64,000 nucleotides of DNA from an uncultured virus (IMG/VR IMGVR_UViG_3300042445_002563) (IMGVR_UViG_3300042445_002563), one strand, 5' to 3'. Shown: positions 36,612 to 47,015, numbered from the stretch's first letter. Numbers and translations are program-made. Notes: generated by a model not told the origin, from the letters alone.

Positions 36612-38414
36612 GTGGCAATTGTACAAATATCACGAATTACTCAACGCAAAGGTCTAGAGTCAGACCTACCACAACCATTAGCAGGCGCTGAACTGGGCTG
36701 GGCAGTTGACCAGCGAAGACTGTTCATTGGTAATGGCACACTGGAAGATGGTGCTCCTGTGATTGGCAACACTGAAGTACTGACTGAGTTTAGTGATATT
36801 CTCAGCTTTGCCACACAGTACACCTATCAAGGTGAAGCTGCAGGGTACACTGTACAAACAGGATCAACACCTAGTGATCCTGTGGCTCAAAGTCTGCAAT
36901 CGAGACTTGATAGTTATACTGTGATTACTGATTTTGGTGCCACAGGCGACGGCACAACCGACGTCACGGCTGACATCAATCGAGCACTGTTTCAAATTTT
37001 TTGCCGCAGCACAAATCCTAGTGCTCGCCGCAGCATCTATTTTCCTGCTGGCATCTACATCATTACTGACACCTTGAACATTCCGCCCAACTGCCAATTG
37101 TACGGAGATGGGCCTGACAGCACCATTATCAATTTTAATGTGCAAAACTGGAATTCCGCTGTGTCCTATGCAGCAGGAGTCTTGGTATACAATACCTCAA
37201 CCACCTTGTACTACAGATCCAACTTTGCGGTTCCAGTTGGCACTGCTATTAGTTCAACCAACCCCAGTGGAGATCCGTACTGGACTGCTGAAAGTCTGCC
37301 GGGATACATGTTCCAAACTGCAGACAGCCTGCAGCAGACCGGAGTCAATATTGGCACCAACGGTGCTAGCTTGCCAGGCAACGTAAAAATTACCAGCATG
37401 AAGTTTGCGACCAATCAGATTCACGACGGCTTTTTGATCGAGTACGCAGATCGCTGTGTGTTTGACAGTGTGACTGTGCAAGGCCCACTAACCCAGGCAG
37501 AGCTGGCCGACGCCGGCGAAGACGTGGCTGCTGTTCGTTGGAGCAGCTCTGTGAGCGCAGTGAGCCGTAATGCGACCTGGAACAACTGCAAGTTTTCAGG
37601 ATTTAGCTATGCCACAGACACTGATCAACAGATTCAAGGGGTAACTTTTAGCAACTGTAATTTTGATACTCTATATCAAGGCATTGTGTTGGGCGGAGCA
37701 ACCCCAGTCAACGGTGGTGCTACTGGTGTTCGTATAGTGCAAAACACATTTGACAACATTCATTCACAAGGCATTGTCATCGATGGCGTCAGCCACAACG
37801 CCAGTGCCTACAACACATTCTATGACGTGGGCAACGGATTCAATGGATCAGCGTTTCCTGCCTCCAGTATCATTGTGATTGACGCAGAAAACAACGTCAG
37901 CATTGGTGACATGTTTGAACGCAACACTGCTCAGAGTGCAACTTATCCTCGAATCAATCTAACTGACACTACCAGCATTGCTCTGGGCATGACTATTTCA
38001 GGTATTACATTTTACCAAGACAATGTACAAGAAAACACGCAGGCCAACCAACTGATGTTGGGACGATATCAACGCACTGCAGGCATTCGAGACGAAGTTA
38101 GAGACGACAGCACTCAGGCCAACTTGGTTGTTGTAGACACAGATATTCTTAAAATTCCTGCGTTCAAGATGGACTACACCATTGTGAGAAATGAATTTTA
38201 TCGAACTGGAACCATGACAGTGGTCAGTGCCCGCGATGGCACAGCAGGCACAGGTTTTTCCTACTCAGACGACTATGTGGAAAACGGCTCCACAGGTGTA
38301 ACACTAGAAGCCACCCATAATCTAAGTACCGTAACACCATTGGTAACTATCTCTTACACAGCCACTGGTGCCGGTGACGGCATCATTCGATACAGCATAG
38401 CACACATCAACTAA
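36612..38414 (+). CDS. Tail/baseplate protein with a beta-helix (pectate-lyase-like) domain
   Basis: QISRITQRKG...L..AELGW..D.RRLFIGNG; DFGATGDG.TD.T..INRA...IYFPAG.Y. Confidence 0.75.
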   Translation: MAIVQISRITQRKGLESDLPQPLAGAELGWAVDQRRLFIGNGTLEDGAPVIGNTEVLTEFSDILSFATQYTYQGEAAGYTVQTGSTPSDPVAQSLQSRLDSYTVITDFGATGDGTTDVTADINRALFQIFCRSTNPSARRSIYFPAGIYIITDTLNIPPNCQLYGDGPDSTIINFNVQNWNSAVSYAAGVLVYNTSTTLYYRSNFAVPVGTAISSTNPSGDPYWTAESLPGYMFQTADSLQQTGVNIGTNGASLPGNVKITSMKFATNQIHDGFLIEYADRCVFDSVTVQGPLTQAELADAGEDVAAVRWSSSVSAVSRNATWNNCKFSGFSYATDTDQQIQGVTFSNCNFDTLYQGIVLGGATPVNGGATGVRIVQNTFDNIHSQGIVIDGVSHNASAYNTFYDVGNGFNGSAFPASSIIVIDAENNVSIGDMFERNTAQSATYPRINLTDTTSIALGMTISGITFYQDNVQENTQANQLMLGRYQRTAGIRDEVRDDSTQANLVVVDTDILKIPAFKMDYTIVRNEFYRTGTMTVVSARDGTAGTGFSYSDDYVENGSTGVTLEATHNLSTVTPLVTISYTATGAGDGIIRYSIAHIN

Positions 38415-38839
38415 TGTGGTCACACACTTTTCCTGAGCGATTGCAAGCTTGGGCAGACCTCAGGTCTCAGGCTGTTTCCTTGCCTTTGGAAACAGCACTC
38501 AAAGCTGTCAACACCTGGTGGTTCCAATCCCCCTGGCAGCCATATCATCTACATTGGGACGATCGCGAAACCTGGCCTGATCCTTGGCAACTATTGGACG
38601 ACAACATGTATTGTGGTCTTGCTCGCGGGCTGGGAATCGTGTATACTATAGCTATGCTAGATCGAGCCGATCTGCAGGATTTTCAGTTGGTAGACACCGG
38701 CAGCGACAATTTAGTCCTGGTAGACAAAAAGAAATATATACTTAATTGGGACTCTGAACAAGTGTTAAATATCAACCCAGGACCTTATAAAGTCTATCAC
38801 ACCATTTCGCTACAAGAAATAAAACAACAAATTAGGTAA
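38414..38839 (+). CDS. Hypothetical protein (possible transglutaminase-like fold)
   Basis: WPDPWQLL....YC...RGLG..YT. Confidence 0.55.
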   Translation: MWSHTFPERLQAWADLRSQAVSLPLETALKAVNTWWFQSPWQPYHLHWDDRETWPDPWQLLDDNMYCGLARGLGIVYTIAMLDRADLQDFQLVDTGSDNLVLVDKKKYILNWDSEQVLNINPGPYKVYHTISLQEIKQQIR

Positions 38840-38841
38840 TA

Positions 38842-41157
38842 ATGAAAACTATAATAGTACAAAAGCGCTCAGGGCAGCGCGAGCCACTGGCGTTGGAAAA
38901 GTGGCAAACTCAGATTGCTAAGATATGCACAGGTATTGCAGATGTAAGTCAAAGTATGGTAGAGATCAAGGCACAATTGCACTTTTACGATGGCATTACT
39001 ACCAAAGAAATTGATGGTATCACGCTTAGAGCAATCGTAGACTTGATCGACGTAGAATCAAATCCAGATGTGGGCCATACCAACTATCAATATGTAGCGG
39101 GCAAGCAGCGTCTTAGCATGTTGAGAAAAGATGTGTATGGCAGCTACGAGCCTCCTCACCTGTATGACATTGTGAAGACCAATGTGGCCACCGGCCTGTA
39201 CACACCTGAACTACTGGACTGGTACACACCAGATGACTGGAACCGCATGAATGACATGCTGGATCATGCCAAGGACGAACAATACAGCTATGCGGCCATT
39301 GAGCAGCTGATTGAAAAGTACCTGGTAAAAAATCGTTCCACAGGACAAACTTATGAAACTCCACAAATTAGATACATGGTCGCGGCCGCTACTGTATTTC
39401 ACTCAGAAGAACCGAACACAGCGAGAATGCGCTACATCAAGGAATACTACAATGCGGCTAGTGATGGCCTGTTTACTCTTGCTACTCCTGTTCTTGCTGG
39501 ACTCGGCACTCCTACAAAGCAATTTTCAAGTTGTGTTCTTATACGCAGCGATGATGACCTGGATAGTATATTTGCTTCAGGGGAAATGATGGCCAAGTAT
39601 GCCAGCAAGCGAGCTGGCATTGGGCTGGAGATTGGAAGACTACGCCCACTGGGCTCACCCATCCGTGGTGGCGAGATCATGCACACTGGCATGATTCCAT
39701 TCTTGAAAAAATGGTTTGGAGATCTGCGTAGTTGTAGTCAAGGAGGTATCCGTAATGCAAGTGCTACAGTGTTTTATCCAATATGGCATCACCAGTTTGA
39801 TGACCTTATTGTGCTTAAAAACAATCAAGGTACAGAAGAAACACGAGTGCGACACATGGACTACGGTGTGGTCCTATCCGCCTTCTTCTGGAGACGATTC
39901 AAGAACAAAGAAAACATAACATTCTTTGATCCCAACCAGGTTCCGGATCTATATCAAGCATTTTATAGTAACACTGAACTGTTCGAAGAACTCTATGTCA
40001 AATACGAAAAACGCAAGGACCTTCGCAAGAAGACCATGAGCGCAGAAGAAGTATTCAAGGGCGGTATCTTGAAAGAACGCACAGACACTGGACGTATCTA
40101 TCTGGTGTTTATTGACAATGTGATGAAGCAGGGACCGTTTGATCCCGAATACCATACCATCTACCAGAGTAACCTTTGCTGTGAAATACTTTTACCTACT
40201 AAGTCCTTTAAACGTCTGGATGACGATACTGGTCGTATCGCACTTTGCACCCTGGGCTCAATCAATTGGGGTGCGTTCCGTAACCCAGAAGATATGCGCA
40301 GGGCTTGTCGTATACTGCATCGTAGCCTCAACAACATTCTTGACTATCAGGACTTTCTTTCCATCCAGTCTAAACTATCCAACGATGAAATTAGACCACT
40401 TGGAATCGGCATCACCAACCTGGCCTACTGGCACGCCAAACGCGGCCTCCGGTACGGTGAAAAGGATGCTCTAGCCGAAGTCAAAACCTGGATGGAACAT
40501 CTGGCATTCTACTTGACCGAAGCGTCAGTTGAGCTGGCCCAAGAACGTGGCCGATGCGAAGGCAGTGATCACACACGTTATGGGCAAGGACAATTTCCTT
40601 GGGAACTACGTGCTCAGGGTGTTAACGAACTTGCAGACTTTGCTCCAGAACTTGACTGGGAAAAATTACGCACAGAAATGAAAACGCATGGTGTACGCAA
40701 TGCCACACAAATGGCAGTGGCGCCTGTGGAATCCAGCTCAGTTGTGATCAACTCAACCAACGGTATTGAAATGCCCATGAGCTTGATTAGTGTCAAAGAA
40801 AGCAAAGCTGGCAGCTTGACACAAGTGGTTCCAGAATATCACAAACTCAAGAACAAATATCAGTTGATGTGGGAACAAAGAGACTGCGATGGCTACCTAA
40901 AGACTGCAGCAGTTATCGCTGCCTATGTGGACCAGAGCATCAGCACCAACACTTTTTACAATCCTGCACACTTTGCAGACCGCAAGGTACCCACTACCTT
41001 GATTGCTCGGAACTTGATGCAGTCACACTACTGGGGTCTGAAAACTTTTTACTACAGCCTGATCAACAAGACCGGCAGCAAGAATGTCACGGAAGATGCT
41101 CCGTTAGAAGTGATTGATTTTGACGAGCAAGAAGATTGTGAGGCATGCAAGCTCTAG
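38842..41157 (+). CDS. nrdA: Ribonucleotide reductase class Ia, alpha subunit
   Basis: N-terminal ATP cone, QFSSCVL, SNLCCEI and C-terminal CEAC. Confidence 0.97.
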   Translation: MKTIIVQKRSGQREPLALEKWQTQIAKICTGIADVSQSMVEIKAQLHFYDGITTKEIDGITLRAIVDLIDVESNPDVGHTNYQYVAGKQRLSMLRKDVYGSYEPPHLYDIVKTNVATGLYTPELLDWYTPDDWNRMNDMLDHAKDEQYSYAAIEQLIEKYLVKNRSTGQTYETPQIRYMVAAATVFHSEEPNTARMRYIKEYYNAASDGLFTLATPVLAGLGTPTKQFSSCVLIRSDDDLDSIFASGEMMAKYASKRAGIGLEIGRLRPLGSPIRGGEIMHTGMIPFLKKWFGDLRSCSQGGIRNASATVFYPIWHHQFDDLIVLKNNQGTEETRVRHMDYGVVLSAFFWRRFKNKENITFFDPNQVPDLYQAFYSNTELFEELYVKYEKRKDLRKKTMSAEEVFKGGILKERTDTGRIYLVFIDNVMKQGPFDPEYHTIYQSNLCCEILLPTKSFKRLDDDTGRIALCTLGSINWGAFRNPEDMRRACRILHRSLNNILDYQDFLSIQSKLSNDEIRPLGIGITNLAYWHAKRGLRYGEKDALAEVKTWMEHLAFYLTEASVELAQERGRCEGSDHTRYGQGQFPWELRAQGVNELADFAPELDWEKLRTEMKTHGVRNATQMAVAPVESSSVVINSTNGIEMPMSLISVKESKAGSLTQVVPEYHKLKNKYQLMWEQRDCDGYLKTAAVIAAYVDQSISTNTFYNPAHFADRKVPTTLIARNLMQSHYWGLKTFYYSLINKTGSKNVTEDAPLEVIDFDEQEDCEACKL

Positions 41158-41168
41158 CATGACATGGT

Positions 41169-41678
41169 ATGAAAATAAATGAACTGTTAGAAAGTGCAGA
41201 TGACATAGAGTTGAAGGCAAAAACTCTTGCTGTTGATGCACACAAGAACCAAAAATACGGTGTACACCCTTATGCCACCCATTTGGCGGATGTTGTTGCC
41301 CGTGTTAAAACAATTACACAAGACCCAGAAATAATTGCTGCTGCTTGGTTGCATGATATAGTGGAAGATACAGATGTCACATTGGAACAAATCAAACAAC
41401 AATTTGGTGATAATGTTGCCAATATAGTTTGGGCAGTAACAGGCCGCGGAGAGAACCGAAAAGAAAAAATGGCAAATGCCATTGCTAAGATTGCTCAAAC
41501 TCCAGGAAGTGAATTGGTAAAGAGTGCAGACCGATTGAGCAATGTTTCTGCCAGTTTACCAAGTGGTTTAGCAAACAATCCAAAAAAACTTAAAATGTAC
41601 CGAGATGAACACAAGGATTTGAGTCCAGTCTTGGGTAACAATGCATTGGCCCTAGAGCTAGTGGATTTATTCAAATAA
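41169..41678 (+). CDS. RelA/SpoT-type HD hydrolase (small alarmone hydrolase-like)
   Basis: AH..Q...PY..H, AAWLHDIVEDT and VK.ADRL.N. Confidence 0.85.
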   Translation: MKINELLESADDIELKAKTLAVDAHKNQKYGVHPYATHLADVVARVKTITQDPEIIAAAWLHDIVEDTDVTLEQIKQQFGDNVANIVWAVTGRGENRKEKMANAIAKIAQTPGSELVKSADRLSNVSASLPSGLANNPKKLKMYRDEHKDLSPVLGNNALALELVDLFK

Positions 41679-41693
41679 GGAAAAGAAATCGTA

Positions 41694-42317
41694 ATGTTAG
41701 AAACCATTTGTGATGTGATGTTGGATGCGTATAAACGCAATTGGATTACCAGTCGTGATGGCAATGTGAGTATTCGTCACCACGACCGTGACCATTTTTA
41801 TATCACACCTAGTGGTGTGCGTAAGCAAACACTACAGCCGGACCAGTTCAAGAAGATTCGTATTGTTGGCAGTATGTTGTGGGAAGAGCAGCCATACACT
41901 GATATCAGTGCCAATCTCGAACCGTCGGGCGAACTGCCCCTACACCTTGGACTACAACGAAAAATGGGTCAGCACCGCGATGAAGTGCGAGTAGTAGTTC
42001 ACTTACATCCCACCTACTGTATAGCGGCCATGCATGCTGGTATTGATTTGAGTACAGTGAGTGCGGCATTTCCAGAATTGAATCGCTACACTCGAGTGGC
42101 ACCCAATGTGGGTGATGTGGCTCCCATTAGCCAAGAGCTTGCAGACCAGTGCCACACTATGTTACAATTAGACAATGAAGGAAATATTGCCTACGACATT
42201 GTGGGCATCAAAGGACACGGTGTTGTGGCCATTGACACAACACCGTGGCGTGCTTACGAGCACATAGAAAGACTAGAACACATTTGCAAGATAGTGCTTG
42301 CTTCAGGAAAATATTAA
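41694..42317 (+). CDS. Class II aldolase/adducin family protein
   Basis: GNVS, ITPSG, PSGE..LH, VHLHP and GHGV. Confidence 0.9.
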   Translation: MLETICDVMLDAYKRNWITSRDGNVSIRHHDRDHFYITPSGVRKQTLQPDQFKKIRIVGSMLWEEQPYTDISANLEPSGELPLHLGLQRKMGQHRDEVRVVVHLHPTYCIAAMHAGIDLSTVSAAFPELNRYTRVAPNVGDVAPISQELADQCHTMLQLDNEGNIAYDIVGIKGHGVVAIDTTPWRAYEHIERLEHICKIVLASGKY

Positions 42318-42318
42318 A

Positions 42319-43419
42319 ATGTCAAAACAACAATACAATTTAACAACAAAGACAGACTACCTTAATCGCAAGATGTTTCTGGATCCAGCGGGTCCTGTCA
42401 CAATCCAACGCTTTGAAGAAGTCAAATACAAAAAGATTGCAGACTACGAAGCCACAGCACGTGGATTCTTTTGGCAACCCGAAGAAGTCAGCTTGACCAA
42501 AGATTCAAATGACTTCAAGGATGCCAGCGAAACAGTGAAACATATCTTTACCAGTAACCTGTTGCGCCAAACAGCGCTAGACAGCCTGCAAGGTCGTGGA
42601 CCCAGTCAGATCTTTATGCCTGTAGTATCATTGCCAGAACTAGAAGCCTTGATCTACAACTGGACATTCTTTGAAACCAACATTCACTCAAAGAGTTACA
42701 GCCACATCATTCGCAACATCTACAACGTGCCCAAGGATGTGTTCAACACCATTCACGACACACAACAGATCATTGACATGGCATCAAGTGTGGGCCGGTA
42801 CTATGATGACCTGCACAGAATCAACTGTGCCAAAGAACTGGGACAGTCTGTGGAAGAAACAGAACATGTGAGAGCAATCTACATGGCCTTGCATGCCAGC
42901 TATGCACTGGAAGCCTTCCGCTTTATGGTCAGCTTTGCCACAAGCCTGGCCATGGTGGAGAACAAGATCTTCATGGGCAATGGTAACATCATCAGCTTGA
43001 TTCTTCAAGACGAGATTCTGCACAAAGAATGGACTGGTTACATTATCAATCAGGTGGTCAAAGAAGATCCACGCTTTGCTGCTGCCAAGGTCGAGTGCGA
43101 AGCCGAAGTGTATGCACTGTACCTGGATGTGATACGTGAAGAAAAGGGCTGGGCAGACTACCTGTTCAACAAGGGACCTGTGATTGGACTCAATGCCAAC
43201 ATTCTCAAAGACTTTGTGGACTACACAGCCGTGGCTGCACTCAAGGAAATTGGTATCAAGTATCTGGAACCTGCACCCCGTAGCACACCTATTCCTTGGT
43301 TCAACAAGCACGTCAACACCAGCAACAAACAAACTGCACTGCAAGAGTCTGAAAGCACTAACTATGTTATCGGAGTCATGAGTGATCAACTAGACTACGA
43401 TGCACTACCGGAACTATAA
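42319..43419 (+). CDS. nrdB: Ribonucleotide reductase class Ia, beta subunit
   Basis: FFWQPEEV, ETNIHSKSY, LEAFRFMVSF, DEILH and ALQE. Confidence 0.95.
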   Translation: MSKQQYNLTTKTDYLNRKMFLDPAGPVTIQRFEEVKYKKIADYEATARGFFWQPEEVSLTKDSNDFKDASETVKHIFTSNLLRQTALDSLQGRGPSQIFMPVVSLPELEALIYNWTFFETNIHSKSYSHIIRNIYNVPKDVFNTIHDTQQIIDMASSVGRYYDDLHRINCAKELGQSVEETEHVRAIYMALHASYALEAFRFMVSFATSLAMVENKIFMGNGNIISLILQDEILHKEWTGYIINQVVKEDPRFAAAKVECEAEVYALYLDVIREEKGWADYLFNKGPVIGLNANILKDFVDYTAVAALKEIGIKYLEPAPRSTPIPWFNKHVNTSNKQTALQESESTNYVIGVMSDQLDYDALPEL

Positions 43420-43421
43420 AA

Positions 43422-43868
43422 ATGAATGATGATATTAAACAATCTATTGCAGCAACTGCACCACGAGTAGATGATACTTGGTTTGATACCGGCGGTTTTC
43501 AAACCTACAAACACCCTACTGCTATCAGCTACGAAACTGCCACAGACAATGGTACGGTAGACACTCTTGAAGGTCCAGTCAAGTACACTGTTGGACACAA
43601 GATTATTACTGGTCCCAAGGGAGAAAAGTATCCTGTAAGTCCCATCAAGTTTGCTGCATACTACGACGACAATGGTGATGGCACAGCAATACCCAAAAAG
43701 ATCATGAAGATTGCTCGACTGGCTGACCATGATGGTGTTGTCCGAGCCAGCTGGGGAGATTTAAACTATACCAAGGGCAATGATTATATTGTCAAGCACG
43801 GCCCTGGTGATTACGGTGTTGTCAAATCAGACATCTTTGCCAAAACGTACAACACATCACAACTATAA
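43422..43868 (+). CDS. PGDYG-family protein with two internal repeats
   Basis: TLEG...G.KGEKYP...F...Y, then GPGDYGVV..DIF.KTY. Confidence 0.7.
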   Translation: MNDDIKQSIAATAPRVDDTWFDTGGFQTYKHPTAISYETATDNGTVDTLEGPVKYTVGHKIITGPKGEKYPVSPIKFAAYYDDNGDGTAIPKKIMKIARLADHDGVVRASWGDLNYTKGNDYIVKHGPGDYGVVKSDIFAKTYNTSQL

Positions 43869-43877
43869 GGAAAACAC

Positions 43878-44099
43878 ATGAAAGCAATAGTATGGTCAAA
43901 AGATTTCTGTTCTTTCTGCACTCAAGCAAAGGCACTACTGGAATCTCAAGGAATTGAATATGAAGAACGCAACGTGAGCCGGGATTGGACACGTGAACAA
44001 CTACTAGAAGCAGTACCAACAGCTCGAACACTACCACAGATATTCTTGGATCAAGAACTAGTGGGTGGATTTACAGAACTCAGAAAGAAACTAGCATAA
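43878..44099 (+). CDS. Glutaredoxin
   Basis: CSFC, TLPQIF and GGF. Confidence 0.92.
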   Translation: MKAIVWSKDFCSFCTQAKALLESQGIEYEERNVSRDWTREQLLEAVPTARTLPQIFLDQELVGGFTELRKKLA

Positions 44100-44404
44100 T
44101 GAATATTGAAAAAACACTGGGACAGGTTTGCACATTTAAACTCAATTCGGGAGAAGAACTGATTGCAAGAGTAGAACTGATTGAATACAATTTTATCACA
44201 GTAAGTGAGCCAGTTAGCGTAGCACCAGGACCACAAGGGCTGGGTCTTGTGCCCAGTGTGTTTACCGCAGAACGCAAGGCTTCGGTCACAATAAATATTA
44301 ATAATGTTGCAATCTATGCACTCACTGACCAAGAAGTCAAAATGAAGTATATCGAAGCAACCACTGGCATCAAGGTGCCAGAAAAGAAATTGATACTAGG
44401 ATAA
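44099..44404 (+). CDS. Hypothetical protein (Sm-like fold possible)
   Basis: FKLNSGEELIAR...Y...TTGI. Confidence 0.6.
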   Translation: MNIEKTLGQVCTFKLNSGEELIARVELIEYNFITVSEPVSVAPGPQGLGLVPSVFTAERKASVTININNVAIYALTDQEVKMKYIEATTGIKVPEKKLILG

Positions 44405-44405
44405 C

Positions 44406-44693
44406 ATGCCAGCAGTACAACGACAGGGAGATGCAAACTCAGCAGGAGGAGTAGCCGCAAGTGGCGTGGCTTCTGTGCGAGTCAATGGTCGGCCTGTGGT
44501 TGTGCCTGGTATTTCTGTAACACCTCATCCATGTTGTGGTCAAAAAGGATGTGCCAAACACTGTTCAGCAACTACCAATGGTGGTTCAGCAACTGTAAAA
44601 GCCGGCGGCAAACCCATCATAAGAACTTCAGCTGACGTAGACACTTGTGGTCACGCTCGATCAGGCGGCAGCCCCAACGTTAGGGTAGCATAA
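44406..44693 (+). CDS. PAAR-like spike tip protein
   Basis: MPAVQRQGD, VRVNGRP, PHPC...H and DTCGH. Confidence 0.85.
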   Translation: MPAVQRQGDANSAGGVAASGVASVRVNGRPVVVPGISVTPHPCCGQKGCAKHCSATTNGGSATVKAGGKPIIRTSADVDTCGHARSGGSPNVRVA

Positions 44694-45817
44694 TGACCCA
44701 GGGCTTATTAACACCATTGCAACTCACAAGCGGTGCAGGCCTGTTACAAAACACTGGAATAGCACTCAACAGTGTGTTTTCAGGAGCAGTGCAACAATAT
44801 GAAGCTATTGCACCTATTGCCAATCTGTTGGCCACTTTGAGCCTGGCTAGTACTGCTGGCCTGGCCAATGCTACTATTCTGAGTTTGCAAACTCTAGGAA
44901 ATTCAGTATGTCCCGCATTGGGTGACAGTATCCCTGCTGCGTCAGCTAACACTGCACCATTTCCTGTGGGCAACAGCCTGGGGTTTCTGGGATTTCTAGA
45001 AACTGTGGGCAACACACAACTAGGCTCAGGCGATGTGGGAAAATTTGCACAGGCGTTTTCAGCAGCACAAGGATATGTGGGGCAAGTTAATTTGTTCATT
45101 ACCAGTGCGGCCAATGCTAACGAATATCTTGGCCCGACATTTACCAACCTTGACGACATGATCACCGGCGATCTCACCAGGGTGTCGCTGGCGTTGCCTG
45201 CACTGGGAGCAGATCTTGAAAAGCTAGGCAACTTGTTGGTGCTTTCTAATATTCAAAATCTAGGTGAACCTGCTGCACTATTGCAACAATTAAGCAAGGT
45301 AGGCAATATGGGCAACAACACACTACCGTGTGTGCAAGCTGCCCTGGAAATGTCTGGACTTGACTCCGTAGAAATCACAGGCCTAATCAGCAACAATAGA
45401 CAAAGTTTGTTTAATCCCAATGGATTGACTACCAATCAATTTGATCGTCTACAACAACGAGCATACCAGGGTATGAACATGGTAGCAGGAGACTGCTTGG
45501 CTGATGTATTGGCCATCTTGGATGTGACCACTCCCGGAATTACTGTTATGACAGATCTGTTGGATCCGGCCAAAATATTGCCCACAAGTTACCCCACCTT
45601 GAAGTTTGAAGACCAGTTGATTTACGCACCCGACGGAGCAGTAAATTCAGGAATATCCAACACACTAAATGCAACCACAGCCACAGGCTGTGACGAACTG
45701 GGCAAAATTATACCTCCGTCCCAGGCAGTGGCCAACAAGGCCTTGCAGTATCAACTGCAGCAGGTCAGCGGTATTCAAAATCTAACATTGCCACAGTTGG
45801 CAGCCATACTGGTATGA
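44693..45817 (+). CDS. Virion structural protein (tail/baseplate)
   Basis: Follows PAAR; Ala/Gly/Leu-rich. Confidence 0.55.
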   Translation: MTQGLLTPLQLTSGAGLLQNTGIALNSVFSGAVQQYEAIAPIANLLATLSLASTAGLANATILSLQTLGNSVCPALGDSIPAASANTAPFPVGNSLGFLGFLETVGNTQLGSGDVGKFAQAFSAAQGYVGQVNLFITSAANANEYLGPTFTNLDDMITGDLTRVSLALPALGADLEKLGNLLVLSNIQNLGEPAALLQQLSKVGNMGNNTLPCVQAALEMSGLDSVEITGLISNNRQSLFNPNGLTTNQFDRLQQRAYQGMNMVAGDCLADVLAILDVTTPGITVMTDLLDPAKILPTSYPTLKFEDQLIYAPDGAVNSGISNTLNATTATGCDELGKIIPPSQAVANKALQYQLQQVSGIQNLTLPQLAAILV

Positions 45818-46620
45818 CCATAGAAACTCTAAAAAATTTGCCCCTGGTTGAGGCTCAAACTCAACCTATTACTGATGCAGTAAAAAACTTCTACGCCAAC
45901 ACATTTGCCGGCGGCTCAGGACCTGATGGCACATACCTGATCACTGACTTTTTTGGCACAGCAGCTGGAATTCCTGCTGTGGATGTACTGCCTCAGGCCA
46001 ACGCTATCTTGGCTGCAAGAGTTGCAGACGGAACACTTGCTGCTTTAAACGCAGTGTATGCCAACATGCTGGGCACAGTCAACGGCACATTTGGCGATCC
46101 TGTGTTGGGCCCAGTGGTTATCCCGTCAGGCCCGGGTACCGGAGCATATGCCGATGCCGAAGCAGCCATGGCCATACTGATTCCATTAGCAGAGTCAGCT
46201 ATTGTTACTGCAGCCGCAGCCATGGGAAGCGATACTGCAACTCTGAACAGTGCATTCACCAGCATGGCTGAACAGGCCACTTCGGAAGTGGTCAATCAAG
46301 GCAAAGCTGCTATCAATTTGAGTGATCTCACAGCAGGTGATCAGACCAGTGTGATGGCCCTGATAACCAATTTTACTAGTCTGGGTACAGACGTTGCAGT
46401 GGGACAGGCTGCCCAGTTTTTTGAAGACATTGTGGACATCAATAGTACCACTGGCCAGGCCATCATTGGAGCCATGCGAGAAGGCCGCAATCAAGTGCAA
46501 CTGGCCGAAACAGGCATCAACGGCTATGACATTGTGCCTGACCAACCAGAAACTCCACCACCTGTGGCACCATTGCTGGGCAGCAGTTACACAGTGGCCG
46601 AAGCCGAATCGGCCAGTTGA
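45814..46620 (+). CDS. Virion structural protein
   Basis: GSGPDGTY and GQAIIGAMREGRN; ATGA overlap with the upstream gene. Confidence 0.55.
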   Translation: MTIETLKNLPLVEAQTQPITDAVKNFYANTFAGGSGPDGTYLITDFFGTAAGIPAVDVLPQANAILAARVADGTLAALNAVYANMLGTVNGTFGDPVLGPVVIPSGPGTGAYADAEAAMAILIPLAESAIVTAAAAMGSDTATLNSAFTSMAEQATSEVVNQGKAAINLSDLTAGDQTSVMALITNFTSLGTDVAVGQAAQFFEDIVDINSTTGQAIIGAMREGRNQVQLAETGINGYDIVPDQPETPPPVAPLLGSSYTVAEAESAS

Positions 46621-46658
46621 CCAAAATTGCCTGGTGTTGTATAATTAAACATACAACA
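46617..46658 (+). promoter_or_regulatory. Sigma70 promoter (cassette variant) with a palindrome across -10/+1
   Basis: TTGACC 46617, N17, TATAAT 46640; TGTTGTAT-N8-ATACAACA 46635-46658. Confidence 0.75.
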
Positions 46659-46716
46659 ACCATGTGACAACGTATGCTGAATTAAGCCGTACTTGGCTAG
46701 CTTGATTTTTTGCAAT

Positions 46717-46768
46717 TTGACCTAAATTAACACTTGTGCTATAATTAACACTTAAACAGCAACAAGGA
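46717..46768 (+). promoter_or_regulatory. Early promoter cassette
   Basis: TTGACC 46717, N17, TATAAT 46740, TAACACTTAAACAGCAACAAGGA. Confidence 0.9.
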
Positions 46769-46775
46769 ACACTGC

Positions 46776-47015
46776 ATGACAGTACAAGAACTCATCAATT
46801 CCCTGCAATTATTGGACCCTACTGCCGAAGTACACTTTAGTTATAACTATGGTGACCACTGGCAGACGCAGGTTGCGCCCACTGTGGACCGCGTGGATCT
46901 GGCCTTGATCAAGTACAGTGAGTATCACCGTATGAACAAACTCCTAGACGAAGATGACATGTACGAAGATGAGGGTGACTACGAAGGCACACGCCGTGTG
47001 GTGGTGCTTGGTTGA
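46776..47015 (+). CDS. Hypothetical early protein
   Basis: MTVQELI..L....P; YNYGDHW.TQVA. Confidence 0.75.
   Translation: MTVQELINSLQLLDPTAEVHFSYNYGDHWQTQVAPTVDRVDLALIKYSEYHRMNKLLDEDDMYEDEGDYEGTRRVVVLG

Noticed and set aside
41158..42318. Homing endonuclease or intron between nrdA and nrdB
   Set aside because: The intervening ORFs are an HD hydrolase and an aldolase; no HNH, GIY-YIG or LAGLIDADG motifs, and both nrd genes are uninterrupted.
44693..46620. Frameshifted single gene or programmed frameshift
   Set aside because: The junction is a normal ATGA stop/start overlap with no slippery sequence. It cannot be separated from two genuine genes without homologues.
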